The notes: generated by a model not told the origin, from the sequence alone. Positions 37,950 through 47,780 are shown, counted from the stretch's first letter. The stretch is DNA of 64,000 nucleotides from Saprospiraceae bacterium (GCA_015490175.1 WFYJ01000052.1:10974-74973), one strand, 5' to 3'. Numbers and translations: made by a program.

Positions 37950-39766
37950 CTCACCGGCTTTTCTGGTTTGAACAAATCCTCCACCGAACGGGGGCGAGCC
38001 GGATACAGCCACCGGAACCCTTTGAGCTTCAATGATTCATGGTCCGCCTGCTTCATGGGGAGCACCTCCATGACCGGGGCACCGAGAAAATGGATTCCTT
38101 CCACCTCATTGTCGCCAAAGTCCACCCACATCTCGCCGCAGGTGGTCTTGTTTACGCCGATATAGGCGCGATCTTCATCGAGCAAATAGTACACGGCTTC
38201 CGCATTGCCCGCCACGTGCATGCGATAAAGTTCGCTTTCGCGAAAATACGCCTTGATCTGCCGGCCGCGCACCTGATTGAAATACACCTCGTCTTCCGAG
38301 TTGAGGATGAGCGCATCGGGTCGCAACAGCATCCAATCGACGGCCTCTTCGGCCATTTGCATCCAGATCGTATCGGCCGAAAGCTGAGAGGTGTCGGCCC
38401 ACACCACCGGCTGCCCGAAGAACCGAAAAAGGGAATCGCCCGAGAAGTAAGCCAGGCTGTCGCACAGGGCCTGCAAGTCGCTTTTGTACACGCGCACATC
38501 GTACCAGGCCGCCACGTACCGACTGCTGTCCGCAGCCGTCGAATCATCCGGCTGCCACGACATGAGGGTGTCCGCTGCGAGATAGAGCGTGTCGCCGTCC
38601 CACTCTGTGAGAAACAGCGGCCGGCCCATGGCCCCGCCATAGGCCTTCAGATAGCCCGTCTTCTGGTGATAGCGGGCCTCGGCGCAACGGATGGTCCAGT
38701 CTCTTGCCGTATCGCGCCACACCACCGCTCCCCGCGCAATGCCCAAACCCGTGCTGTCGTCGTAATCGATTTGCAGGGCCTGCAGTATGCGCCCCTCGTC
38801 CCAGATCACGGTGGGCCCGCGCGTGGCATAGGTGGCCGTCCGGCCGTAATACCAGACCGTATCGCTGCGGATGGTGCGCTCCGGCTCCACGATACGCACC
38901 TTGCCCACCAGATGCGATCGGTCGGTTTTTTCTTCATACGTGATCCGGTCGGCACGTACCGCACGCTTCCCCTCCCGGATTCGGGCATTTCCCTCGAGGG
39001 AAATGACGCCCTCCCGCGGCCGGTAAAAAATGGAATCGGCCAGGCCTTCTTGCCGCCCTCGGATGAATTGCGGATTGCGCGTAAACGCCCCTTCCCGGGC
39101 GGGAATATCGAACCACCCTCCTTCGCAATAGAGCGCGAGGGTATCGAGGTGAATCAGCGTGGGACCGAGAAATTCCACCCGCCGGCTCTCGGTGAGAAAC
39201 TTCAGGGTGTCGGCACGCAATACGAAATGCGTATCCACCACCACGACACTGTCCTTGAAATAGATGGCGTTTTCATCCACGTAATAATAGCCCCGTTGGC
39301 TGCGCAGGTGAGTGGTGTCGTTGGTGAGCAGAGCGCCGGTGAAGTAATACGCCAGATTTTTCTCAAAGTCGTAATCGAGGCGGGCGGTGAACATCCTTTG
39401 CGGCCCTCGTTCGAGGATCACATCGCCGTAAAGACTTCCCTTCCGCTCGATGCCCGAGTAACGCAGCGAGTCGGCAAAGATGACGAGGCTGTCGCCGTGT
39501 TCGATCATCACGTTGCCCCATGCCGTCAGGTCGGTGCTGTTGCGCAGGACGGCCGAGTCGCAAAACATGCGGGTGCTGTCGTGGCGCAACACGACGTTGC
39601 CCGTAAGGATCACGAGCGTATCCTCGCCTGTCTTTTCGTAGGACAACTCGTCCGACCACTCAATCAGCACCTCGGCCGAGGAAGTGTCGGCGCCGATGTG
39701 TTGCGCCCGGGCAGCATTGGCCATCCACAAAAAGCACAGCGTTGCCAACCAATACAATCGCTTCAT
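37946..39766 (-). CDS. OstA-like (LptA/LptD N-terminal beta-jellyroll repeats) periplasmic/outer-membrane protein
   Basis: Signal peptide MKRLYWLATLCFLWMANAARAQ, then repeated ..GNVVLRHDSTRMFCDSAVL..GNVMIEHGDSLVIFADSLRY.. OstA-type segments. Its stop overlaps the downstream ATG (ATGA at 37946-37949). Confidence 0.75.
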   Translation of the reverse strand: MKRLYWLATLCFLWMANAARAQHIGADTSSAEVLIEWSDELSYEKTGEDTLVILTGNVVLRHDSTRMFCDSAVLRNSTDLTAWGNVMIEHGDSLVIFADSLRYSGIERKGSLYGDVILERGPQRMFTARLDYDFEKNLAYYFTGALLTNDTTHLRSQRGYYYVDENAIYFKDSVVVVDTHFVLRADTLKFLTESRRVEFLGPTLIHLDTLALYCEGGWFDIPAREGAFTRNPQFIRGRQEGLADSIFYRPREGVISLEGNARIREGKRAVRADRITYEEKTDRSHLVGKVRIVEPERTIRSDTVWYYGRTATYATRGPTVIWDEGRILQALQIDYDDSTGLGIARGAVVWRDTARDWTIRCAEARYHQKTGYLKAYGGAMGRPLFLTEWDGDTLYLAADTLMSWQPDDSTAADSSRYVAAWYDVRVYKSDLQALCDSLAYFSGDSLFRFFGQPVVWADTSQLSADTIWMQMAEEAVDWMLLRPDALILNSEDEVYFNQVRGRQIKAYFRESELYRMHVAGNAEAVYYLLDEDRAYIGVNKTTCGEMWVDFGDNEVEGIHFLGAPVMEVLPMKQADHESLKLKGFRWLYPARPRSVEDLFKPEKPVR

Positions 39767-39801
39767 CCCGGTGTGTTCGTCAAATTTGCAAATGCGGCCG
39801 C

Positions 39802-40953
39802 TCAGGCCATTTGTTCCCGCACCAGCTCGGCCACTTCCTGCCCCACCAGTGATCCGATGGCGACCCCCATGCCGCCCAGGCGCACGGCCACGTGGACGCG
39901 TGGGCTCAACGTACGTATGATGGGCTTCTTCTCTTCGCCTACCCCCATGATGCCACTCCACCAGTACTCGGGGGCTATCTTCCTGCCCGGCAATACGACC
40001 TGCTCGAGGATTTCCAGCAAAAACGAGCGAATGCGTTGAGTGGTGCCAAAGGCATCGGTCGTTTCTCCTTCGATATCCAGGTGGCGGCCTCCGCCCAGCA
40101 ACACCCGACCGTCCACATTGCGGAAATACACATACCCTTTGAGGTAGTGAAACGTGCCATCAAAGGGCACCTCGTCCAGCACCGGCGTCACGAGCACCTG
40201 GTTGCGCGCAGGCAGTATGGACAATTCAGGGAGCAATCGGCGCGCAAATCCGTTGGTCGTCACCACCAGATGGCGGGCACGCAGCACGCATCCCGCATTC
40301 GTGGCCACCTCTACCCCATCGCCATGAGGCTGCCAGCCCTCCACAGCCAGGCCGAAGAGCAGGCGGGCGCCTCGCTCCCGGGCCAGACGGATCAGGGCAT
40401 CCATCATCCTGCCCGTATCAATCATGCCTTCGCCATCGGTGTGGATCAGATGACGCACCTGCCCCAGGCCCAAACGTTCGATCGCCTCATCGGCTACGCT
40501 CCAGGTGACTTGCATGCCCGAAATGTCGCGCATGGCCTCATTGAAGGCGTCCATCTTTTCCAGGCAGGCCACCCAGGCAGCTTCGTCCTTCTCGCAAAAG
40601 AGCTCATAACCGCCGGTGGGACGAAATCGGATGGTCTCATCGCCCAGGCGCTGCCGCAAAAGCCGGAGCCCTGCCCACCGCCGAGCCACGAGCTGCCAGG
40701 CCGCGCCTTCCCCCATCCGGGCCATGTCGTCGAGCAGCTCGGTCATGCTCCCGAAACAGGCAAAGCCCGCATTGCGCGTGCTGGCGCCCAACGGCAAAAA
40801 CCCGCGCTCGAGTACCGTCACCTGCAGGTGCGGGTTGGCCTCGAGCAGGGATATGGCAGTGCTCAGTCCGGTAATGCCGCCACCCACGACGAGCACGTCG
40901 CAAGGCGACAGAAAGGTGTTGCGCTCCCAGTAACTCCAGTCCATAGGCTTCAT
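39802..40953 (-). CDS. FAD-dependent oxidoreductase (DAO family, glycine/D-amino-acid oxidase-like)
   Basis: [19 protein letters not shown] dinucleotide motif; 383 aa. Confidence 0.9.
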   Translation of the reverse strand: MKPMDWSYWERNTFLSPCDVLVVGGGITGLSTAISLLEANPHLQVTVLERGFLPLGASTRNAGFACFGSMTELLDDMARMGEGAAWQLVARRWAGLRLLRQRLGDETIRFRPTGGYELFCEKDEAAWVACLEKMDAFNEAMRDISGMQVTWSVADEAIERLGLGQVRHLIHTDGEGMIDTGRMMDALIRLARERGARLLFGLAVEGWQPHGDGVEVATNAGCVLRARHLVVTTNGFARRLLPELSILPARNQVLVTPVLDEVPFDGTFHYLKGYVYFRNVDGRVLLGGGRHLDIEGETTDAFGTTQRIRSFLLEILEQVVLPGRKIAPEYWWSGIMGVGEEKKPIIRTLSPRVHVAVRLGGMGVAIGSLVGQEVAELVREQMA

Positions 40954-40985
40954 TATCGAGGCCCCAAAGTTATACCCAACGCAAT

Positions 40986-41305
40986 TCGGTTCGGGAATTT
41001 TTGACGATAGTCAATGGACGCCAGACGATTTTTTGAGATGGAGAGAAGAGAGATGGAGTGAGGGAGTGACCAACTGCGCAAACTGCGTCAGTGCTGCGGC
41101 TGAAAGCCGCGGTTTTTGGCAGAGGAACCGGGGAACCGAAAAACCGAGGATTTGACTCAAGAGCCTGCTGAAAAAGTCGAAAAACATTCAGTCACACAGA
41201 GAACCACTGAGCACGCGCTGACTTTCACAGAGTTGTAGACTCAAAACTCCAAACCCTCAACACTACACCCTCAACCATTGCCACAGGATTTCCCGAACCA
41301 CTTTT
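40986..41305. repeat. intergenic mosaic repeat cluster R11
   Basis: Largely the reverse complement of R8/R5 modules: ggttcgggaattt, gatagtcaatgg, gagatggagtgagggagtga, actgcgcaaactgcgtcagtgctgcggctgaaagccgcgg, (GAACCGRG)n gatttgac, cagtcacacagag..cacagagttgtag, ccctcaac.. and ccattgccacaggatttcccgaacc. Confidence 0.85.
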
Positions 41306-41457
41306 TGGGGTACAGGCACTCTTACAAGAGTTTCCACAGGTGCTTGCCCGGTGCCCAAAACGAGTTCATCGGTTGGCGACTCACTTCCCCTTTGAATGGC
41401 TGGGCCGCTACCTGCAAAGCGGGTATCTTTGGCGCCTGAACCAAAAAACGCAAAACA

Positions 41458-41898
41458 ATGATCCAACGCATCCAGACTCTGTATCTGGCCCTTGCCGGAC
41501 TGGGGCTGCTGGGCACCTTTGCCCTGCCCTTTGCCACCAGCGCCGAGGCCGTGGCTACCAGCCAGCTTTTTGCCGACGGCCGATACGACGTGCAAGACCA
41601 TGTGGCCTTGACGATTCTGGCGGGACTGGGAGCTGTAGCTGCCCTTGCGGCCATTTTCCTTTTCAAAAATCGCCCCTTGCAGTTGCGCATCACCGTGTTG
41701 AGCATGGTGACTGCCATACTGCTGCTCGTCGTGGCCATCGTACTCTTTCTCAATGACGCAGGCTCCATGGGCGAGCTGACTCCGCAGGATGGCTGGGGCA
41801 TCGCCCTGCCGGTACTGGCAATTGTGTTCCTGATCCTCGCCCAGCGCAACATCCGAAAAGACGAAGAACTGGTGCGCTCGATGGATCGCCTGCGCTGA
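41458..41898 (+). CDS. DUF4293 family membrane protein
   Basis: MIQRIQTLYLALAGLGLL..., IFLFKNRPLQ, and C-terminal IRKDEELVRSMDRLR. This is characteristic of the Bacteroidota DUF4293 family. Confidence 0.8.
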   Translation: MIQRIQTLYLALAGLGLLGTFALPFATSAEAVATSQLFADGRYDVQDHVALTILAGLGAVAALAAIFLFKNRPLQLRITVLSMVTAILLLVVAIVLFLNDAGSMGELTPQDGWGIALPVLAIVFLILAQRNIRKDEELVRSMDRLR

Positions 41899-41904
41899 GC
41901 TCAG

Positions 41905-42158
41905 GGATTCGTTTGCCGAAAGGCGATTTATCTGAGGAGAATGAGTGAATGAGTGAGTGAGTGGGTGAGTGAAATGCATATGAATCGTGCCAACCGCTCG
42001 ACATGGACGAGCTGTGCGCCAACTGCGCCTTCTTCGGCCGACGGATCAGTTACACAGAGCGCCACCGAGCATGAACTGATTTTCACAGAGTTGTAAACTC
42101 CAAATCCGAAACACCACCCCCTCTCAACCACTGCAACAGGGTTTCCCAAACCATTTTG
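41905..42158. repeat. intergenic mosaic repeat cluster R12a
   Basis: Contains gtttgccgaaaggcgatttatctgaggagaatgagtgaatgagtgagtgagtg (reverse complement of the R8 end module), cagttacacagagcgccaccgag..cacagagttgtaaac, and gggtttcccaaacc. Confidence 0.8.
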
Positions 42159-42610
42159 GGTGGTGTCCTTAAATAGATGATCGCGCATCCCGAAAATGGA
42201 CCGGCTGCAGAAAGGTGAATCGTTGAGGGTTGAGCGTGTAGCGTTGAGCGTTTTTTGCATTGACTATCAGGTGCTTGCTCAAATCCTCGATTCCTGAGCA
42301 CACTGAAAAAAGGTGCCATGGAGAAGCCTGAAGTTTATGATCTTACAGCTGATATTTTGCTTAAATTATTGTAAATCAAATCTTTTTGCGCATCAATTTG
42401 AACGAACCGCAGCTTTCAGCCGCAGATGGACGCAGTTTGAGCGCAGTTTTTGTAACTCTGTGAAACTCAGTGTATTCTCGGTGGGGCTCTGTGTACCCGA
42501 ATAATTTTTCGGCTTTTTTCAGGGGCCTCACCTCGATTCTTCATCCTTCAAACCCGCAGCCTTCGGCCGCAGAAAACGCAGTCTGAAATCAGTTGATCGG
42601 GGACACTACC
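42159..42610 (+). mobile_element. family-A MITE-like unit interrupted by a nested insertion of about 235 bp (AT-rich segment + reverse family-B unit)
   Basis: GGTGGTGTCCttaaatagatgatcgcgcatcc at 42159 and ..cagtctgaaatcagttgatcGGGGACACTACC ending at 42610. The interior at about 42296-42530 is absent from the 12477 copy. It contains the reverse complement of the cagttacacagagc/gttacaaaaactgcgc family-B unit. Confidence 0.55.
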
Positions 42611-42629
42611 GGAACAAAACCGACGACTC

Positions 42630-43616
42630 ATGCTCAGAAGACCAAGGCGCAACCGACAGAGCGCAGCCGTACGTGGCTTGGTGCGCGAGACACAGCTCGA
42701 CACGAGCCATCTGGTGTATCCGCTCTTTCTCGTGGACGGCAAGGATGTGAAGGAAGAGATTCCCTCCTTGCCCGGCAACTACCGCATGTCGCTCGACCAC
42801 ATGCTGCGCGAGATCGGCGAATGCATGGCACTGGGGCTGCGCAGCTTCATCGTGTTTCCGGCCGTGCCCGACGCGCGCAAAGACCGGGAAGCCACCTACA
42901 GCTACGACCCCGACAACTTTTACCTGAAAGCCGCCCGTGCCATCAAGAGGGAATTCCCCGAATGCTGCCTGATGAGCGACGTAGCCATGGACCCCTACAG
43001 CTCCGACGGCCACGACGGGCTGGTGCGCGGCGGCAAAATCCTCAACGACGAGACGCTGCCCATCCTGGCACGCATGGCCGTGGCCCAGGCCGAGGCCGGC
43101 TTCGACTTCCTCGGGCCCTCCGACATGATGGACGGCCGCGTGGGTTATCTGCGCGAAGCGCTCGACGCAGCAGGCTATACCGACACGGGCATCCTGTCCT
43201 ACACGGCCAAATACGCCAGCGCCTTTTACGGCCCCTTCCGCGATGCCCTCGACAGCGCCCCCCGCGCCGAGGCCGACATCCCCGGCGACAAAAAGACCTA
43301 CCAGATGGATCCGGCCAACAAGCGCGAGGCCCTCATCGAAGCCGAACTCGACACCATGGAAGGCGCCGACATGCTCATGGTCAAGCCGGCCCTCAACTAC
43401 CTCGACGTGATCCATTTGCTGAAAAGCGAATTCGAGCTGCCCATAGCGGCCTATCACGTCAGTGGCGAATGTGCCATGCTTATCGCCGCCTGTCGCAATG
43501 GCTGGCTCGATTACGAGCAGGCCATGCCCGAAACCCTGCTCGCCATCCGACGGGCCGGCGCCGACATCATTCTGACCTACTTCGCCAAGGATTTTGCGCG
43601 CATGCAGCAGCGATAG
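42630..43616 (+). CDS. hemB: porphobilinogen synthase (delta-aminolevulinate dehydratase)
   Basis: MLRRPRRNRQSAAVRGLVRETQLDTSHLVYPLFLVDG..., with MVKPAL..YLD and AYHVSGEYAM-like (AYHVSGECAM) active-site regions. Confidence 0.95.
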   Translation: MLRRPRRNRQSAAVRGLVRETQLDTSHLVYPLFLVDGKDVKEEIPSLPGNYRMSLDHMLREIGECMALGLRSFIVFPAVPDARKDREATYSYDPDNFYLKAARAIKREFPECCLMSDVAMDPYSSDGHDGLVRGGKILNDETLPILARMAVAQAEAGFDFLGPSDMMDGRVGYLREALDAAGYTDTGILSYTAKYASAFYGPFRDALDSAPRAEADIPGDKKTYQMDPANKREALIEAELDTMEGADMLMVKPALNYLDVIHLLKSEFELPIAAYHVSGECAMLIAACRNGWLDYEQAMPETLLAIRRAGADIILTYFAKDFARMQQR

Positions 43617-43669
43617 CGTCGCCCGAACCGATGATACCCCCAGAGTGGTCCGGTAAACCTTTGCGCACG

Positions 43670-43785
43670 GGGTGAAATCGGTGGAATCGGTGGAATCGGT
43701 GGAATCGGTCAATTCCCCCAATCAACCAAAGGCACTCCTCACTCCCTCCCTCACTCCGTCTCAAAATTCCAAACCGGATTGGGCC
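43670..43785. repeat. intergenic mosaic repeat cluster R13
   Basis: Five 9-mers (ggtgaaatc ggtggaatc x3 ggtcaattc, 43671-43715), a CT-rich ctcactcc tract, and aaaattccaaaccgg. Confidence 0.8.
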
Positions 43786-43856
43786 GAGCATATTCTCCGG
43801 AAAAACTGCACGCTCAACCTTGCCGCTGGGAGGTGCCGCGCAGCTTTGCGGCAAGC

Positions 43857-43893
43857 AAAAAAAGAGGGCGCCCGACTCACGTTCGGGTGCCCT
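43857..43893 (-). terminator. rho-independent terminator (minus strand) after the sigma factor gene
   Basis: Hairpin AGGGCGCCCGA (43865-75) / TCGGGTGCCCT (43883-93) with one mismatch. The A7 run at 43857-63 is T7 on the minus strand. Confidence 0.65.
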
Positions 43894-43964
43894 TGTTTCT
43901 TTCATGTTCAGGGATCGAAAAAAGGTTTTTCGGGCTTGCGACCACCTGCTCGGCAGGAGCGGAC

Positions 43965-44555
43965 TCAGCCCTCGTGCTGGAGCACGTGCTCCTGCTCGGC
44001 AATCATCTTTCGGATGTTGATGAGTGCATACCGCATGCGGCCCAGCGCCGTGTTGATGCTCACGCGGGTGAGCGCGGCAATCTCCTTGAAACTCATGTCG
44101 GCGTAATGGCGCAGGATGACCACCTCGCGCTGTTCGGGCGGCAGGCGGTCCACCAGCTCGCGCACCTTCTGGTGGGCCTGGCTCTTGATGAGCTGCTGCT
44201 CACCATTGGGTTCCTTGCTGCCCAGCACGTCGAAGATGTCGAACTCTTCGGTGGCGTACATGGTGGGCCGGCGCTTCTTGCGGCGGAAGTTGTCCACGCA
44301 CAGGTTGTAGGCAATGCGCATCACCCACTGGCTGAACTTGCCCTGGTGATTGTATTTGCCCTTGCGCAGCGTGTCCACCACCTTGATGAACACTTCCTGG
44401 AAGATGTCCTCGGCCATGGCCTTGTCCTTGACGAACATGTAGATGGCCGTGTACACCTTGTCCTTGTACCGGTTGAGCAGGGTTTCGAAAGCCTTGTCGT
44501 CGCCATTCAGATAGCGTTCGATGAGCTGCTGGTCGTTCAGCGGCGCAAACTCCAT
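43965..44555 (-). CDS. RNA polymerase sigma-70 family (ECF-type) sigma factor
   Basis: MEFAPLNDQQLIERYLNGDDKAFETLLNRYKDKVY.. (region 2) and ..MSFKEIAALTRVSINTALGRMRYAL (region 4). The track start at 44561 is TTG; the ATG is at 44555. Confidence 0.9.
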   Translation of the reverse strand: MEFAPLNDQQLIERYLNGDDKAFETLLNRYKDKVYTAIYMFVKDKAMAEDIFQEVFIKVVDTLRKGKYNHQGKFSQWVMRIAYNLCVDNFRRKKRRPTMYATEEFDIFDVLGSKEPNGEQQLIKSQAHQKVRELVDRLPPEQREVVILRHYADMSFKEIAALTRVSINTALGRMRYALINIRKMIAEQEHVLQHEG

Positions 44556-44791
44556 AACCAAATCGTTTTTGGATCAATGAGCAATGTGGTACGATTCAGT
44601 GTAGAGTCACGCCGATACGCTATCTGATTTTAAAGGTGAGCAAAAAAGAAAATTCGGTCTCGAATGTGCTTTTTGCAAAGATGAGGCCAAGATAGGAGCT
44701 TCCGCCCAAAAAAATCAAATGAATTGACTCTTTTTTAACAAAAAATGGAGCCGCCCGGCAAAATACGGCATTGAGTCCTCGACGAGGGTAT

Positions 44792-44950
44792 GGTCAAATC
44801 GGTGGAATCGGTGGAATCGGTGAAATCGGTGAAATCGGTGGAATTGGTGGAATTGGTGGAATTGGTGGAATCGGCACTCACTATCCATCGGCAAAAATTC
44901 CCGGACCGGCAGACGCACTGCCGTGCCAGACGCTGCCGTGCGTCGCTACA
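44792..44950. repeat. intergenic mosaic repeat cluster R14
   Basis: Nine tandem 9-mers (ggtcaaatc, ggtggaatc x2, ggtgaaatc x2, ggtggaatt x3, ggtggaatc; 44792-44872), aaaattcccggaccgg, and cagacgcactgccgtgccagacgctgccgtgcgtcgctac. Confidence 0.9.
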
Positions 44951-44958
44951 TCCCAAGA

Positions 44959-45192
44959 TCAGGGTGCGATGGTGTGGAATGCAACGATCTCCACGGGAAT
45001 GCCCCACATGCGCGCCGTGACGGTATCGGGCCGCAGCCGGACTTTGACTTTCACCTTGCGGCCGGGCATTTTGAGCTGTTCGGGCATGTGTAGTGGTTCG
45101 TAGCGCTTTCCATCTGCACCTTCGATGCCCCAGACGCCCATTTCGATGGGTTCGAACACTACCTTTCCCTCGATGGTCTTGACCTGTGCCAT
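44959..45192 (-). CDS. small hypothetical protein (77 aa, beta-rich looking)
   Basis: ATG at 45192 gives MAQVKTIEGKVVFEPIEMGVWGIEGADGKRYEPLHMPEQLK.., a protein-like composition. Family not firmly recognised. Confidence 0.55.
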   Translation of the reverse strand: MAQVKTIEGKVVFEPIEMGVWGIEGADGKRYEPLHMPEQLKMPGRKVKVKVRLRPDTVTARMWGIPVEIVAFHTIAP

Positions 45193-45293
45193 GGCTGTGT
45201 ATTTTTACCGCTGCAAGGTAGCAAACAGGTGCGGGCCCACCCGCTTCCTTCTGCTGCCATTCATTTGCCAACCACGTAAAACCACCCGTTTTC

Positions 45294-47480
45294 ATGAAAG
45301 CCCGAATCCTTTCCCTTCTGCTCGCCATTGCGCTGCCGTTCCAGTTGCTCATTGCCGGCGAGGGCATGTGGCTGCCGCTGCTGCTCAAAGCCCTCAACGA
45401 GGAAGAGATGCAGTCGCTGGGCATGAAGATGACTGCCGAAGACATTTACTCGGTCAATCGCGGATCGCTCAAAGACGCCATCGTCCATTTCGGTGGCTTC
45501 TGCACCGCTTCGATCATCTCGCCCAACGGCCTGCTGCTGACCAACCACCACTGTGGCTATGGCGCCATCCAGGACCACTCCACCCTCGAACACAACTACC
45601 TCGAAGACGGATTCTGGGCACGCAGCCGCGACGAAGAGCTGATGAATCCGGGCCTGACGGCTACGCTCATCGTGCGCATCGAAGACGTGACCGACAAGGT
45701 GCTGCGCGGCGTGACTGCCGACATGAGTCGGGAAGCGCGCCAGTCGCGCATTGACCAGAACATGGCCTACGTACGCGAGCACATCCACAAAGAGGACTGG
45801 CAGGACGTGACGGTCAAGCCGTTCTTTCACGGCAATCAGTACTTTGCCTTCGTCACCGTCACCTACCGCGACGTGCGGCTGGTGGGCGCCCCACCCTCTT
45901 CGATCGGCAAGTTCGGCGCCGACACCGACAACTGGGTCTGGCCGCGCCATACGGGCGACTTTTCGCTGTTCCGCATCTATGCCGGCCCCGACAACCTGCC
46001 TGCCGATCCGTCGCCCGACAACGTGCCGTACCGCCCCAAACACTTCCTGCCCATTTCGCTCGACGGTGTGGAAGAAGGCGACTTCACGCTGGTGTTCGGC
46101 TTTCCCGGCCGCACCAACGAATACCTGCCTGCCGTAGCCGTGGACCACATCGCCAACGGCATCGACCCCACGCGCATCGAGATCCGCGACCTGACGCTCG
46201 AGGTCTGGGACGAAGCCATGCGCGCCGACCCGCAGGTCAAAATCCAGTACGCGAGCAAGTTCGCCAGCCTGGCCAATGGCTGGAAGAAGTGGCAGGGTGA
46301 AGTGCTGGGGCTCAAGAAAACCGATGCCATCGGCAAAAAACGGCGCTACGAAGAGCAGTTTGCCGAGCTGGTGGCCTCGCGCCCCGACTGGCAGGAGCGC
46401 TATGGCCATATCCTGCCCACCTTCGAGCAATTGTATGCCCGCGTCGGCCCGCTCAAAGTGGCCCGGACCCGCTATTACGAGACCGTCACGCGCAACATCG
46501 AGGCCCTGCGCGTGGCCGGCTACCTGCGTCGCCTGGTCAACCTCTGGAAAAACAACGGCCCCGAGGCATATGCCGACTACCGCGATCGCCTGGTCGCATA
46601 CCTCGAAGGGTTTTACAGAAACTACCGGCCCGAGCTCGATCAGCGCGTCTTTGCCCGACAGATGGCCCTGTATTTCGAAAAAGGCGGCGAGCTGCTGGTG
46701 GACGAGGCCGTCCGCAGCCGCCTGACCGCCGCCGGCAACGACTTCAATACCTGGGCGACGGCCCTCTACGCCGGGTCTCTTTTGCCGAAAGGCGAACACC
46801 TGTTGGCACTGCTGCAGCAGGCCGACGGCGAAAAGGTGGTGGCCACCCTCGAGGCCGACCCGGCCTACGCCCTGTTCCTCGACCTCGAACGGCGCTATCA
46901 GGAATCAGCAGGCAAGCCGCTCGAACCGCTGCAAAAGGAAATTGACGAGCTGATGCGCCTGTACATGCGCGCCCAGATGGAAGTGTTCGCCAACAAGCGC
47001 TTCTACCCCGACGCCAATGGCACCATGCGCGTGTCGTACGGCCAGGTGGAAGGCTACTATCCGCGTGACGGCGTGCACTACCTGGCCCAGACCTGGCTCG
47101 AGGGCGTCATGGAAAAATACGTGCCGGGCGACTACGAGTTCGACGTGCCCGAAAAGCTGCGCCAACTGTACGCCCGCAAGGACTACGGCCCCTATGGCGA
47201 AAACGGCCGCATGCCCGTGTGCTTCATCGGCTCGAACCACACCACCGGCGGCAACTCGGGCAGCCCCGCCATCGATGCCCGGGGCAACCTCATCGGACTC
47301 AACTTCGACCGCGCATGGGAAGGCACCATGAGCGACCTGAACTACGACATCCGCCTGTGCCGCAACATCATGGTAGACATCCGTTACGTGCTGTTCATTA
47401 TCGACAAATTTGCGGAAGCGCACTGGCTGATCGAGGAGATGAAGCTGGTGCATCCCAAAAAAGAGCACAGGGGGAAATGA
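45294..47480 (+). CDS. S46 family dipeptidyl-peptidase (DPP7/DPP11-like)
   Basis: Signal peptide, then GEGMWLP, SPNGLLLTNHHCGYG (catalytic His region), and GGNSGSPAIDARGNLIGLNFD (catalytic Ser region). 728 aa. Confidence 0.95.
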   Translation: MKARILSLLLAIALPFQLLIAGEGMWLPLLLKALNEEEMQSLGMKMTAEDIYSVNRGSLKDAIVHFGGFCTASIISPNGLLLTNHHCGYGAIQDHSTLEHNYLEDGFWARSRDEELMNPGLTATLIVRIEDVTDKVLRGVTADMSREARQSRIDQNMAYVREHIHKEDWQDVTVKPFFHGNQYFAFVTVTYRDVRLVGAPPSSIGKFGADTDNWVWPRHTGDFSLFRIYAGPDNLPADPSPDNVPYRPKHFLPISLDGVEEGDFTLVFGFPGRTNEYLPAVAVDHIANGIDPTRIEIRDLTLEVWDEAMRADPQVKIQYASKFASLANGWKKWQGEVLGLKKTDAIGKKRRYEEQFAELVASRPDWQERYGHILPTFEQLYARVGPLKVARTRYYETVTRNIEALRVAGYLRRLVNLWKNNGPEAYADYRDRLVAYLEGFYRNYRPELDQRVFARQMALYFEKGGELLVDEAVRSRLTAAGNDFNTWATALYAGSLLPKGEHLLALLQQADGEKVVATLEADPAYALFLDLERRYQESAGKPLEPLQKEIDELMRLYMRAQMEVFANKRFYPDANGTMRVSYGQVEGYYPRDGVHYLAQTWLEGVMEKYVPGDYEFDVPEKLRQLYARKDYGPYGENGRMPVCFIGSNHTTGGNSGSPAIDARGNLIGLNFDRAWEGTMSDLNYDIRLCRNIMVDIRYVLFIIDKFAEAHWLIEEMKLVHPKKEHRGK

Positions 47481-47621
47481 GGGCTGCGCTCAACCGGGCC
47501 AACCGCAAATGCCTGGCCCCCTCAGGCCGCGGTCGGACAAAGCCAGTACCACGCCTTCCAACGGTCGTCGTTTGAGCCAACTGCGATGTGGATAACACAT
47601 TTCCTTTCAATCATGGAAATC

Positions 47622-47780
47622 ATTGCGAATCTTTGCGTCCCTGATGCTCAGAACAAGCTTTCCGACAAGTCGGAACAGGTTTTGCGTGAGGCTACAGATT
47701 TTTTCAGTGGCCTCATTCCTGAGGCCCCTGAAAAAACCCCAAATCTCACGCAACGATGCTAGGACGCAACGATTCGTAAT
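47622..47780. repeat. long nested inverted repeat (about 160 bp potential stem-loop or MITE) in the AT-rich spacer
   Basis: Outer arms attgcgaatctttgcgtcc (47622-40) and ggacgcaacgattcgtaat (47762-80), 17/19 complementary. Central hairpin TTTTTTCAGTGGCCTCA-ttcc-TGAGGCCCCTGAAAAAA (47699-47736). A half copy (ggacttttttcagtagcctcattcc) lies at about 47875-47900. Confidence 0.7.

Noticed and set aside
4098-43616. A heme biosynthesis cluster (hemH, hemF, hemB all in the window)
   Set aside because: The three genes are 29 and 8 kb apart, on different strands and in unrelated transcription units. This is co-location only, not an operon or a system.
44792-44872. Possible CRISPR array (regular short direct repeats here and at 37062, 43671 and 25473)
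   Set aside because: The units are contiguous 9-mers with no spacers. This is far shorter than CRISPR repeats (24-48 nt), and there are no cas genes in the window.
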